The notes under the pieces: generated by a model | What the model was told of the DNA's origin: nothing | The model's input: only the letters and a program-made list of their open reading frames with translations | The model's database searches: none | From: an uncultured Bacteroides sp. | Lineage (GTDB): Bacteria; Bacteroidota; Bacteroidia; Bacteroidales; Bacteroidaceae | Length of the DNA: 64,000 bases | Direction of reading: 5' to 3' | Assembly (NCBI GenBank): GCA_902492205.1 | Contig: CABUKU010000001.1 | Location: 295,218-359,217 of the forward strand | Shown: positions 30,028 to 39,955 of the stretch, in pieces | How the letters are laid out: the number at the start of each line of letters is the position of its first letter | How positions within the stretch are numbered: position 1 is the stretch's first letter | Translations under genes and position numbers: made by a program

Positions 30028-31689
30028 ATGAAACACATGTTACAAATATGTTGCAAAAATAATAATATTATTAAAGAATTCCCTATCGGAAGCTCACTTT
30101 TGGATATTTATAATGGTTTTAATCTGAATTTCCCCTACGGAGTGGTAAGCGCGAAGGTTAATAACCGGGTGGAAGGACTGACTTTCAGAGTGTTTAATAA
30201 CAAAGATATTGAGTTCCTTGATGTAAGAGATTCTTCGGGAATGCGTACTTATGTTCGTTCGCTTTGTTTTATTCTCTGCAAAGCGGTGGAAGAAATTTTT
30301 CCCGATGGTAAAATCTTATTGGAACATCCGGTATCTAAAGGTTATTTCTGTAATTTACGTATTGGGCGACCTGTTACTTTGGAAGACGTAACTAAGATTA
30401 AAGCACGCATGAAAGAGATTGTGGCAGAAAATATCCCTTTTCATAGAGTGGAGTGTCACACCACCGAAGCTGTGCGTGTTTTCAGTGAACGAGGTATGAT
30501 GGATAAAGTGAAATTGCTCGAAACTTCCGGTTCGCTTTATACTTATTATTATACTTTAGGTGATACGGTAGATTATTATTATGGCAGCCTGCTCCCAAGA
30601 ACTGGTTTTGTAAGACAGTTCGATATTGTGAAATACTACGACGGGGTTCTCTTGCGTATTCCAAGCAGGGAGAATCCGGATGTTCTTGAAGAAGTGGTGA
30701 AGCAGGAAAAGATGCTCGATGTATTCAAAGAATATCTGAGATGGCTCGATATTGTGGATATGAGCAATGTAGGTGACTTTAATGTTGCTTGTAATGAAGG
30801 ACATGCCACGGACATAATCAATGTTTCGGAAGCATTGCAGGAGAAGAAGATTTCTTATATTGCCGATGATATTTATAACCGGGGAAATGTGAGGATGGTG
30901 TTAATATCGGGACCGTCATCTTCCGGGAAAACAACTTTCAGCAAACGTCTTTCCATACAATTAATGACCAATGGTTTACGTCCTTATCCTATTTCCTTGG
31001 ATAATTATTTTGTAAACAGGGAAGATACGCCAAGAGATGAAAATGGTGATTATGACTACGAATCGCTTTATGCTTTGGATTTGAAGTTCTTCAATGAACA
31101 GTTGCAAGCTCTGTTAAGAGGGGAGGAAGTTGAATTGCCTCGTTTTAATTTTACTACCGGACAACGGGAATTTAAGGGAGATAAGTTGAAGATAGATGAA
31201 CATACTATATTAATATTGGAAGGTATTCACGCATTGAATCCGGAGTTGACTCCGCAAATTCCTGCCGAAAATAAATATAAGGTATATGTTTCTGCATTGA
31301 CAACCATATCGTTGGACGATCATAACTGGATTCCAACTACCGATAACCGTTTGTTGCGCCGTATTATCCGCGATTATAACTATCGTGGTTATTCAGCACA
31401 AGAAACAATCTCCCGCTGGCCGAGTGTGCGTGCCGGTGAAGATAAATGGATATTCCCGTATCAGGAGAATGCAGATGCAATGTTTAATTCTTCGTTACTT
31501 TTCGAGTTTGCGGTGCTGCGGCAATATGCCGAACCTATTTTGATGGGAGTTCCCCGTAACTGTCCCGAATATTCGGAAGCCTATCGTTTGCTTAAATTTA
31601 TTAAGTACTTTGTTGCGATACGGGATAATGAAATACCTCCGACTTCGTTGTTGAGGGAATTTTTGGGTGGCAGTAGTTTTAGGTATTGA
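30028..31689 (+). CDS. Nucleoside (uridine) kinase with TGS/ThrRS-like N-terminal fusion
   Basis: ISGPSSSGKTT, ISLDNYF, EGIHALN, SLLREFLGGS. Confidence 0.85.
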   Translation: MKHMLQICCKNNNIIKEFPIGSSLLDIYNGFNLNFPYGVVSAKVNNRVEGLTFRVFNNKDIEFLDVRDSSGMRTYVRSLCFILCKAVEEIFPDGKILLEHPVSKGYFCNLRIGRPVTLEDVTKIKARMKEIVAENIPFHRVECHTTEAVRVFSERGMMDKVKLLETSGSLYTYYYTLGDTVDYYYGSLLPRTGFVRQFDIVKYYDGVLLRIPSRENPDVLEEVVKQEKMLDVFKEYLRWLDIVDMSNVGDFNVACNEGHATDIINVSEALQEKKISYIADDIYNRGNVRMVLISGPSSSGKTTFSKRLSIQLMTNGLRPYPISLDNYFVNREDTPRDENGDYDYESLYALDLKFFNEQLQALLRGEEVELPRFNFTTGQREFKGDKLKIDEHTILILEGIHALNPELTPQIPAENKYKVYVSALTTISLDDHNWIPTTDNRLLRRIIRDYNYRGYSAQETISRWPSVRAGEDKWIFPYQENADAMFNSSLLFEFAVLRQYAEPILMGVPRNCPEYSEAYRLLKFIKYFVAIRDNEIPPTSLLREFLGGSSFRY

Positions 31690-31761
31690 TTGTTAAATAT
31701 CATCATATAAAATTCTGATAGCATTAGTTTGATATTTTATTATATACATTTGCGATGAAAT

Positions 31762-32094
31762 ATGATGGTGAAAAGAAAGAATAAAAACAGGTTTTATATT
31801 GCATGGATATTACTTTTGGTAATTACGCCCCTGTTTGTTGTGAAGTCTTTTCACTATCATGCTTCACCAAACTGTTCGTCGGAGATTCATCATATTCATC
31901 ATGAAAGGGATGATCAGAGTGATTGTGATGATTGTCCTATTTGCCAGTTTTTTCTTTCTCCTTTTACAGAAGCGACATCTTTTAATTTCTTTTTTACGCA
32001 AACGCTCATTTTTTGTGAGTCGGTTATTTATTCGGATAAGATAAGTTGTGGACTTTCTTATTCACACCATCTGAGAGCACCTCCTGTGATTTAA
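31762..32094 (+). CDS. DUF2946-like His/Cys-rich leader protein ending in RAPP
   Basis: N-terminal hydrophobic helix, HYH..HHIHH, CDDCPIC, C-terminal HHLRAPPVI; 51 nt upstream of a TonB-dependent receptor; TACATTTG promoter element at 31745-31752. Confidence 0.8.
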   Translation: MMVKRKNKNRFYIAWILLLVITPLFVVKSFHYHASPNCSSEIHHIHHERDDQSDCDDCPICQFFLSPFTEATSFNFFFTQTLIFCESVIYSDKISCGLSYSHHLRAPPVI

Positions 32095-32145
32095 GCTATT
32101 TTGTGTATTATCTGAATAATAGTTTAAACAATTTAATTTGTAAAT

Positions 32146-34476
32146 ATGAAATATTGTATAGTGGCGGCATTGATGTCGCTGTGCATTATATTGCCTTTGT
32201 CGGCGGATAGTGTTTGGGAAAAACCTACTGATGCTCATGTATATGGGCATGTTATTGATAAAAGAACTAAAGAGCATCTTTCTTATATAAATGTCTTCGT
32301 GAAAGGGACGACCATAGGTGCGGCTACAGATGTTTCGGGGCATTACTTTTTAGAGAATCTTCCTGTGGGGAGTTATGTTATCGAAGCAAAATCTATTGGA
32401 TATCGGCCTGTTCAAAAAAATATTTCCATTAAAGAAAAAACTACGCTGGAAGTAAATTTTGAGTTGGAAGAAGATAATATTTCTTTGGATGAAGTTGTGA
32501 TTTCTGCTAATAGGAATGAAACTGCTAAACAGCTTGCACCTACTTTGGTTAATGTGCTTGACGCAAAGTTGTTTGAAACTACACATGCCTCCTGCCTGGT
32601 TCAGGGGTTAAGCTTTCAACCCGGAGTCAGAGTAGAGGATGGCTGCCAGAATTGCGGACTAACTCAAGCACGTATTAATGGATTAGATGGTCATTATTCT
32701 CAAATATTAATTGATTCGCATCCTGTTTTTTCTGCTCTTAACGGAGTGTACGGGCTAGAACAGATCCCTTCCAACATGATAGATCGTGTAGAGATTGTAC
32801 GGGGAGGAGGTTCTGCCTTGTTTGGCTCTTCTGCTGTAGGAGGTACAATAAATATTATAACTAAAGAATCTGTTAAGAACTCGGGTGAACTGGGACATTC
32901 AATTACGAGTATCGGAGGTGGGAATACATTTGATAATGTTACGATGCTCAATGCTTCTATAATGACAGGTGACAGTAAGGCCGGGTTATACATTTATGGG
33001 CAGAATCGTAACAGGGAAGGTTATGATCATGATAAAGACGGTTATACCGAGCTTCCTCAATTAAGAATACAAACTCTTGGAGTGAGCTCATTTCTAAAAA
33101 CGGGGCTCTATTCCAAGCTAACTTTGCAATATCATGGGATGAATGACTTTCGACGTGGCGGTAATCTATTGAAACTTCCACCTCCGCAGGCAAACATTGC
33201 AGAGCAGGCGGAACATAATATTAATGGTGGGGCATTAAGTTTTGATTGGGCTACACCTGATTTACGAAATCGCTTTAATGTATTTACTTCTTTTCAAAAT
33301 ACTCAACGTAAAAGTTATTATGGCGGGAAAGGGGACGGATCGGCAGAGAGTATCGCCGTGGCGGAAAAAGCCTATGGTACGACACATGACTTAACATTTG
33401 TCAGTGGTATACAGTTTATACATAACTTTAAAAAGCTTCTGTTTATGCCTTCAGATTTAACGTTGGGAGTGGAATATAATTATGATGGTCTGAAAGATAA
33501 GTCTGTTGGTTATAATTTTTTTCTGAACCAGAGTGTTAATATCGGAAGTGGGTATTTTCAAAATGAGTGGAAAAATGATAAATGGAGTTTACTTTTAGGT
33601 GGTCGCTTGGATAAACATAGTTTCATTAACCATATCATTTTTAGTCCTAGGATTAATTTGCGTTTTAATCCTGTTCGGAATATGAGTTTGCGGTTAAGTT
33701 ATGCCGGAGGTTTCCGGGCTCCCCAGACTTATGATGAAGATTTGCATGTATCAATGGTTGGTGGAAATCGAGTGAAAACTCGTTTAGCAGATGGTTTGAA
33801 AGAAGAACGTTCTAATAGTTTAAGTGCATCTGCCGATTTTTATCATAATTTCGGAAGTATTTCTACTAACTTGTTGATTGAAGGCTTCTATACAGGTCTG
33901 AAAAATGTTTTTGCTGAAAGATATTTGCCACTACCCGATGGAGAAGGGAATACTATTTTGGAGAGATACAATGGTTCGGGAGCTAGAGTTATGGGCATCA
34001 ATCTGGAGGGAAGAGCATCTTTGGTTTCCTGGTTTATGTTGGAAGTAGGAGCAACATTGCAGCAAAGTAAATATAAAGAGTCCGAAAAGTGGAGCGAGGA
34101 AGCTGTTTCGGAAAAGAAGATGTTTCGTACTCCGAATATTTATGGCTATTTTACTGCCAATTTCGATCCGGTAAAGAAATTGACAATGTCTTTTTCAGGT
34201 ACCTATACAGGAAATATGTTAGTTCAGCATTCGGAAGGTTCGGGTACAAATATTGATGTTGCTGTAGAAACTCCTAAGTTTTTTGATATGGGTATCAAAT
34301 TTGCTTATGATATTTTTTTATATAAAGTCGTTACATTGCAGTTGAGTGCTGGAGTTCATAACTTATTTAATGCCTATCAATCTGATTTTGATAAAGGATA
34401 TGAAAGAGATTCAAAATATATATATGGTCCGTCTTTACCACGAAGCTACTTTATGGGAGCGAAGGTCAGCTTTTGA
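32146..34476 (+). CDS. TonB-dependent receptor (non-SusC, probably metal uptake)
   Basis: Signal peptide, LDEVVISANR, plug CQNCG, RVEIVRGGGSALFG, C-terminal YGPSLPRSYFMGAKVSF. Confidence 0.9.
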   Translation: MKYCIVAALMSLCIILPLSADSVWEKPTDAHVYGHVIDKRTKEHLSYINVFVKGTTIGAATDVSGHYFLENLPVGSYVIEAKSIGYRPVQKNISIKEKTTLEVNFELEEDNISLDEVVISANRNETAKQLAPTLVNVLDAKLFETTHASCLVQGLSFQPGVRVEDGCQNCGLTQARINGLDGHYSQILIDSHPVFSALNGVYGLEQIPSNMIDRVEIVRGGGSALFGSSAVGGTINIITKESVKNSGELGHSITSIGGGNTFDNVTMLNASIMTGDSKAGLYIYGQNRNREGYDHDKDGYTELPQLRIQTLGVSSFLKTGLYSKLTLQYHGMNDFRRGGNLLKLPPPQANIAEQAEHNINGGALSFDWATPDLRNRFNVFTSFQNTQRKSYYGGKGDGSAESIAVAEKAYGTTHDLTFVSGIQFIHNFKKLLFMPSDLTLGVEYNYDGLKDKSVGYNFFLNQSVNIGSGYFQNEWKNDKWSLLLGGRLDKHSFINHIIFSPRINLRFNPVRNMSLRLSYAGGFRAPQTYDEDLHVSMVGGNRVKTRLADGLKEERSNSLSASADFYHNFGSISTNLLIEGFYTGLKNVFAERYLPLPDGEGNTILERYNGSGARVMGINLEGRASLVSWFMLEVGATLQQSKYKESEKWSEEAVSEKKMFRTPNIYGYFTANFDPVKKLTMSFSGTYTGNMLVQHSEGSGTNIDVAVETPKFFDMGIKFAYDIFLYKVVTLQLSAGVHNLFNAYQSDFDKGYERDSKYIYGPSLPRSYFMGAKVSF

Positions 34477-34586
34477 TGTTTCTGTGATATATTTGAAAAG
34501 AGCTGTTAAATATCATCACATAAAACTTCGGCATATCCAACTATTCATTATTTTTGTAACCTATTATAAAATCTAATGTGTAGAAG

Positions 34587-36059
34587 ATGAATCAGGGATC
34601 TCGTCAAGTACAGTCGCAGGCGCAACAACAGATACAGACTCTTTCGCCGCAGCAAATACTGGTAGTAAAACTACTGGAATTGCCTGCTGTGGAATTGGAA
34701 GATCGTGTGAAAGCCGAACTGTTGGAAAATCCGGCTTTGGAAGAAGGAGCTGACCGTGATGAGAATGAAAATGATTTTGATAATAACGGTTTGGACGAAG
34801 AAGGAAACGCTGTGGATACTAATGAGGATATTTCATTGGGGGATTACATGACGGAAGATGATATTCCCGATTATAAATTACAGCAGAATAACGGTTCCAA
34901 AGAAAATCAAGCAGAGAACATTCCTTTCTCCGAAGCGGTCTCTTTTTATGAAACGCTAAAAGATGAGTTAAACGAATGTGACCTGACAGAGCACCAGCAT
35001 GAATTGGCGGAATATCTTATCGGCTCCCTTGATGATGACGGCTTGTTACGCAAAAGCCTTGACAGCATTGTTGATGAATTGGCTATCTATGCCGGTATTG
35101 AAACCAATGAGGAAGAACTGGGAGAAGTATTGAAAGTTATACAGGATTTTGATCCTGCCGGAATCGGAGCACGTGATTTGAAAGAGTGTTTGTTAATTCA
35201 GATAGGGAAAAAGGAAGACTCACCTTTAAAACAAATAGAATACGACATTATAGATAAATGTTACGAGGAGTTTACCCGTAAGCATTGGGACAAGATTATG
35301 CAAAAGCTGAATCTTTCCGAAGAAGACTTCAGAGAGGCGATAGCTGAAATCACTAAATTAAACCCTCGTCCCGGAAGTTCTTTGGGAGAAGCGATGGGAC
35401 GTAATTTCCAGCAAATAGTTCCTGATTTTATTGTGGAAACTTATGATGACGGGACTATTACACTGAATCTGAATAACAGAAATGTCCCCGAACTCCGTAT
35501 GAGCCGTTCATTTGTGGATATGCTGGAAGAGCATACCAAGAATAAAGCAAATCAGACGAAAGAATCTAAAAATGCAATGATGTTCCTTAAACAAAAAGTG
35601 GATGCTGCACAAGGTTTTATTGAAGCGGTGAAGCAACGCCAGCATACATTGATGACAACCATGCAGGCTATCATTGATTTACAACGTCCTTTTTTTCTTG
35701 AGGGAGATGAGTCACTGTTGCGGCCAATGATTTTGAAAGATGTAGCTGAACGTACTGGATTGGATATATCAACTATTTCGAGGGTGAGCAACAGTAAATA
35801 TGTGCAAACCAATTATGGGATTTATCCGTTGAAGTTCTTCTTTAGTGACGGATATACAACAGAAAGTGGAGAAGAATTGTCAGTTCGTGAGATTAAGAAG
35901 ATATTGAAAGAATGTATTGATTCCGAGAATAAAGATAAACCTTTAACCGATGATGAATTATCTGAGATATTGAAAGAAAAAGGTTATCCTATTGCCAGAA
36001 GGACGGTTGCCAAGTACAGGCAACAGTTGAATATCCCGGTGGCAAGATTAAGAAAATAA
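34587..36059 (+). CDS. rpoN: RNA polymerase sigma-54 factor
   Basis: Gln-rich region I, DISTISRVSNSKY, RpoN box ARRTVAKYR. Confidence 0.97.
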   Translation: MNQGSRQVQSQAQQQIQTLSPQQILVVKLLELPAVELEDRVKAELLENPALEEGADRDENENDFDNNGLDEEGNAVDTNEDISLGDYMTEDDIPDYKLQQNNGSKENQAENIPFSEAVSFYETLKDELNECDLTEHQHELAEYLIGSLDDDGLLRKSLDSIVDELAIYAGIETNEEELGEVLKVIQDFDPAGIGARDLKECLLIQIGKKEDSPLKQIEYDIIDKCYEEFTRKHWDKIMQKLNLSEEDFREAIAEITKLNPRPGSSLGEAMGRNFQQIVPDFIVETYDDGTITLNLNNRNVPELRMSRSFVDMLEEHTKNKANQTKESKNAMMFLKQKVDAAQGFIEAVKQRQHTLMTTMQAIIDLQRPFFLEGDESLLRPMILKDVAERTGLDISTISRVSNSKYVQTNYGIYPLKFFFSDGYTTESGEELSVREIKKILKECIDSENKDKPLTDDELSEILKEKGYPIARRTVAKYRQQLNIPVARLRK

Positions 36060-36063
36060 GAAA

Positions 36064-36681
36064 ATGGATAATAAAAAAATAGAGTTGGCAGCAAAGGTTG
36101 TTTCAAGTGTATTCAATCCTTTCATCATACCTTTCGGTGCATTTCTTGTGTTATTCTTGTTCTCATATTTGAGAATAATGCCTTTGCAATACAAGATTAT
36201 TGTGCTTGGTGTGGTTTATTGCTTTACCATTCTTATGCCGATGATTACTATTTTCATTTTTCAGAAGATAAATGGCTGGGGAGTGAAAGAATTAGGGCAT
36301 CGTGAAAAACGTTTTGTTCCTTATGTCTTGACTATTGTAGCCTACATCTTTTGTTTGTTGATGATGTATAAGTTGCATATTCCCCGTTACATGTCGGGCA
36401 TCATTATGGCAACATTGATAGCGATGATTGTTTGCATTATTATCAATTTGAAATGGAAGATTAGCGAACACATGACCGGTATGGGTGGGGTAGTTGGAGG
36501 TTTGGTTGCTTTCAGTGCCTTGTTTGATTATAATCCGGTGTGGTGGTTATGCTTCTTTATATTAATAGCAGGCTGTTTGGGCACTGCAAGAATTGTAGTC
36601 AGGCAACACACTCTTACCGAAGTTCTTGTGGGCTTTGTTATAGGATTTTGTTGTGCTATCTTTGGAATATTATTTATTTAA
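36064..36681 (+). CDS. PAP2-like membrane protein
   Basis: Multi-TM, WKISEH, TARIVVRQHT. Confidence 0.7.
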   Translation: MDNKKIELAAKVVSSVFNPFIIPFGAFLVLFLFSYLRIMPLQYKIIVLGVVYCFTILMPMITIFIFQKINGWGVKELGHREKRFVPYVLTIVAYIFCLLMMYKLHIPRYMSGIIMATLIAMIVCIIINLKWKISEHMTGMGGVVGGLVAFSALFDYNPVWWLCFFILIAGCLGTARIVVRQHTLTEVLVGFVIGFCCAIFGILFI

Positions 36682-36707
36682 TCAATATAAACTTAAAACT
36701 AATTATC

Positions 36708-37088
36708 ATGGAATTCCCTAAAAATTTAAAGTACACAAGTGAACACGAATGGATTCGCTTGGAAGGTGATGTTGCTTATGTAGGTATTACAGACTATGCA
36801 CAGGAACAATTAGGTGATATTGTTTTTGTTGACATCCCTACTGTTGGCGAAGTTGTGGGTAAAGATGAAGTGTTTGGAACTATTGAAGTAGTAAAAACCA
36901 TTTCAGATTTGTTTATTCCGGTGTCAGGTGAAGTGCTTGAGCAGAATGAGGCTTTGGAAGAAAATCCCGCATTGGTGAATACCGATCCTTATGGAGAAGG
37001 TTGGTTGATTAAAATGAAACCGGCTAATATGGAAGAATTTAATGACTTGCTGGATGCTGAGGCATACAAGGCAGTGATAAATCAATAA
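36708..37088 (+). CDS. gcvH: Glycine cleavage system H protein
   Basis: EHEW, GITDYAQEQLGDIVFV, EVVKT lipoyl-lysine, NTDPYGEGW; start at ATG 36708. Confidence 0.96.
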   Translation: MEFPKNLKYTSEHEWIRLEGDVAYVGITDYAQEQLGDIVFVDIPTVGEVVGKDEVFGTIEVVKTISDLFIPVSGEVLEQNEALEENPALVNTDPYGEGWLIKMKPANMEEFNDLLDAEAYKAVINQ

Positions 37089-37106
37089 TAAACAAATTAA
37101 TTATTT

Positions 37107-37613
37107 ATGGAACCTATTGTAAGTATTATCATGGGTAGTACATCAGACCTTCCGGTAATGGAAAAGGCTGCTAAGTTGCTCAATGATTTACAAGTACCTT
37201 TTGAAATAAATGCTTTGTCTGCTCACCGCACTCCGGAAGCAGTGGAGGAATTTGCTAAAAATGCAAAAGCCCGTGGCATTAAAGTAATTATTGCAGCAGC
37301 CGGCATGGCAGCACATCTTCCCGGAGTAATTGCAGCTTCGACTACATTACCGGTTATCGGTGTGCCTATCAAATCTTCCTTGGAAGGAATGGATGCATTG
37401 CTTGCCATTGTACAGATGCCTCCGGGTATTCCCGTAGCAACTGTAGGCATCAATGGTGCTTTGAATGCTGCTATCCTTGCCGTACAAATGCTTGCATTGG
37501 GCGATAAAGAACTGGAAGTTAAGTTTGCCGGTTACAAAGAAGGCTTGAAAAAGAAAATTGTAAAGGCTAATGAAGAACTGAAAGAAATTAAGTTTGAATA
37601 CAAAACAAATTAA
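37107..37613 (+). CDS. purE: N5-CAIR mutase
   Basis: MGSTSD, SAHRTP, AGMAAHLPG, VQMPPGIPVAT. Confidence 0.97.
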   Translation: MEPIVSIIMGSTSDLPVMEKAAKLLNDLQVPFEINALSAHRTPEAVEEFAKNAKARGIKVIIAAAGMAAHLPGVIAASTTLPVIGVPIKSSLEGMDALLAIVQMPPGIPVATVGINGALNAAILAVQMLALGDKELEVKFAGYKEGLKKKIVKANEELKEIKFEYKTN

Positions 37614-37697
37614 TTGACAGTTGATAATTGACAATTGACAGTTAGGTTTATGCCAAGCAACTGTTAATTGTCAACTGTCAATTGTCAATTGTCAATT
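37612..37697. repeat. Heptamer-built inverted repeat (AATTGAC/AATTGTC) filling the purE-ispG spacer
   Basis: AATTGAC AGTTGAT AATTGAC AATTGAC AGTT ... AACTGTT AATTGTC AACTGTC AATTGTC AATTGTC AATT. Confidence 0.85.
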
Positions 37698-37701
37698 GAA
37701 A

Positions 37702-39537
37702 ATGGATTACTTTAATTATTCCCGTCGTGAAGCATCGGAGGTGAATGTCGGAGCTGTTCCTCTTGGAGGTAATAATCCCATTCGCATTCAGTCGATGACT
37801 AACACCTCAACTCAGGACACCGAAGCTTGTGTGGAACAGTCCAAAAGAATTATTGATGCAGGAGGTGAATATGTACGCCTTACTACTCAAGGTGTGAAAG
37901 AAGCTGAGAATCTGAAAAATATTAATATCGGTCTTCGTTCGCAAAGTTATATGACTCCGCTTGTTGCCGATGTTCATTTTAATCCAAAAGTAGCCGATGT
38001 TGCTGCACAGTATGCCGAGAAAGTACGTATCAATCCCGGAAATTATGTGGATGCTGCACGTACTTTTAAGAAGTTGGAATATACCGAAGAGGAATATACC
38101 CGGGAAATAGAGAAGATTCGTGCCCGTTTCATTCCTTTTCTGAATATCTGCAAAGAGAATTATACTGCTATTCGCATAGGAGTGAATCACGGTTCTTTGT
38201 CAGACCGCATCATGTCCCGTTATGGTGATACACCGGAAGGAATGGTAGAATCATGTATGGAGTTTCTTCGTATTTGTGTGGAAGAGAACTTTACCGATGT
38301 AGTTATTTCTATCAAGGCATCCAATACTGTGGTAATGGTTAAAACCGTTCGACTGTTGGTTGCCGTGATGGAACAAGAGGGAATGTCATTCCCATTACAT
38401 TTGGGGGTTACGGAAGCCGGAGACGGAGAAGATGGCCGTATTAAATCTGCTTTGGGTATAGGAGCTTTGCTTTCTGACGGGTTGGGCGATACTATTCGCG
38501 TTTCTTTAAGTGAAGAACCTGAATATGAAATTCCGGTAGCGAAGAAGTTAGTGGATTATATTGTTCAACGTGCAGATCATCCCTATATTCCGGGAATGGA
38601 GGCAAAAGACTTCAATTATCTTTCACCATCTCGCAGAAAAACTTATGTTGTTAAGAATATTGGTGGCGATAATCTTCCGGTAGTGTTGGCTGACCGCATG
38701 GACGGTCGCAATGAATATGATCCGCAGTTTACTCCCGATTATATTTACGCAGGTAACTCTTTGCCGGAACAACTGCTTGAAGGTGTTTCATATATCCTTG
38801 ATTATACTCAGTGGGAAGGGAAAGAGAATACTTATCCTGCTTTCAATTACATGCAGACGGAAGAAATGAAATCCTGCAATGCAGAAATAAAATTTCTGTT
38901 TATGCCTTTCATTATGCTTTCCGCTGAATTGACGGACTATTTGAAGACAGTGAAGAACGTGGTTCTTGTTTCCCAAAGTAATCATCCTAACCGTTTGGGA
39001 GAACACCGTGCTTTGGTGCATCAGTTAATGGAAGCCGGTTGCGAAACTCCTGTTATTTTCTTCCAGCACTATCAGGAAGATGAAGCGGAAAACTTGCAGA
39101 TAAAGTCTGCTGCGGATATGGGAGCATTGATTTTTGATGGGTTCTGTGATGGCATTTACCTGTTTAATCAGGGAAGTTTGTCTCACGCAGTAATTGATGC
39201 CACCGCTTTTGGCATTTTGCAGGCCGGACGCATTCGTACAAGTAAGACCGAATATATATCTTGTCCGGGATGCGGACGTACATTGTTCGATTTACAAAAA
39301 ACGATAGCCCGTATTAAAGCTGCCACTTCACACTTAAAAGGTCTGAAGATAGGAATTATGGGCTGTATAGTGAATGGCCCCGGTGAAATGGCGGATGCTG
39401 ACTATGGTTATGTGGGAGCAGGACGGGGAAAGGTGAGCCTTTATAAGAAGAAAGAATGTATTGAAAAAAATATCCCGGAAGAAGAAGCTGTGGAAAAGCT
39501 GTTGGAGCTTATTCGTGCCAATGGAGATATGCAATAA
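37702..39537 (+). CDS. ispG: HMBPP synthase (long three-domain form)
   Basis: IQSMTNT, RINPGN, RIGVNHGSLS, HLGVTEAG, SCPGCGRT, MGCIVNGPGE. Confidence 0.97.
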   Translation: MDYFNYSRREASEVNVGAVPLGGNNPIRIQSMTNTSTQDTEACVEQSKRIIDAGGEYVRLTTQGVKEAENLKNINIGLRSQSYMTPLVADVHFNPKVADVAAQYAEKVRINPGNYVDAARTFKKLEYTEEEYTREIEKIRARFIPFLNICKENYTAIRIGVNHGSLSDRIMSRYGDTPEGMVESCMEFLRICVEENFTDVVISIKASNTVVMVKTVRLLVAVMEQEGMSFPLHLGVTEAGDGEDGRIKSALGIGALLSDGLGDTIRVSLSEEPEYEIPVAKKLVDYIVQRADHPYIPGMEAKDFNYLSPSRRKTYVVKNIGGDNLPVVLADRMDGRNEYDPQFTPDYIYAGNSLPEQLLEGVSYILDYTQWEGKENTYPAFNYMQTEEMKSCNAEIKFLFMPFIMLSAELTDYLKTVKNVVLVSQSNHPNRLGEHRALVHQLMEAGCETPVIFFQHYQEDEAENLQIKSAADMGALIFDGFCDGIYLFNQGSLSHAVIDATAFGILQAGRIRTSKTEYISCPGCGRTLFDLQKTIARIKAATSHLKGLKIGIMGCIVNGPGEMADADYGYVGAGRGKVSLYKKKECIEKNIPEEEAVEKLLELIRANGDMQ

Positions 39538-39544
39538 AGTAATA

Positions 39545-39955
39545 ATGGAGAATAAATATATCTACGAACTTAAAATGAAGGTTCGCGACTATGAATGTGA
39601 TCTGCAGGGAATAGTCAATAATGCGAATTATCAACATTATTTGGAACATACACGTCATGAATTCCTGTTGTCGATAGGAGTGAGTTTTGCAGAACTTCAT
39701 ACACAAGGAGTTGATCCTGTGGTGGCGCGTATCAATATGGCCTTTAAAACTCCTTTGAAAAGCGGTGATGAGTTTATTTCCAAGCTTTATATGAAGAAAG
39801 AGGGTATCAAGTATGTGTTCTATCAGGATATTTTTCGTTTGCCTGATAATAAAGTTTCAATAAAAGCTGTTGTAGAGTCCGTTTGTGTAGTTAATGGCCG
39901 TTTAAGTGGAAGCGACTTGTTTGATAAACTGTTTGCTCCATATTTAAACGAATGA
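39545..39955 (+). CDS. Acyl-CoA thioesterase (YbgC/4HBT family)
   Basis: VRDYECDLQGIVNNANYQHYLEHTR. Confidence 0.88.
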   Translation: MENKYIYELKMKVRDYECDLQGIVNNANYQHYLEHTRHEFLLSIGVSFAELHTQGVDPVVARINMAFKTPLKSGDEFISKLYMKKEGIKYVFYQDIFRLPDNKVSIKAVVESVCVVNGRLSGSDLFDKLFAPYLNE

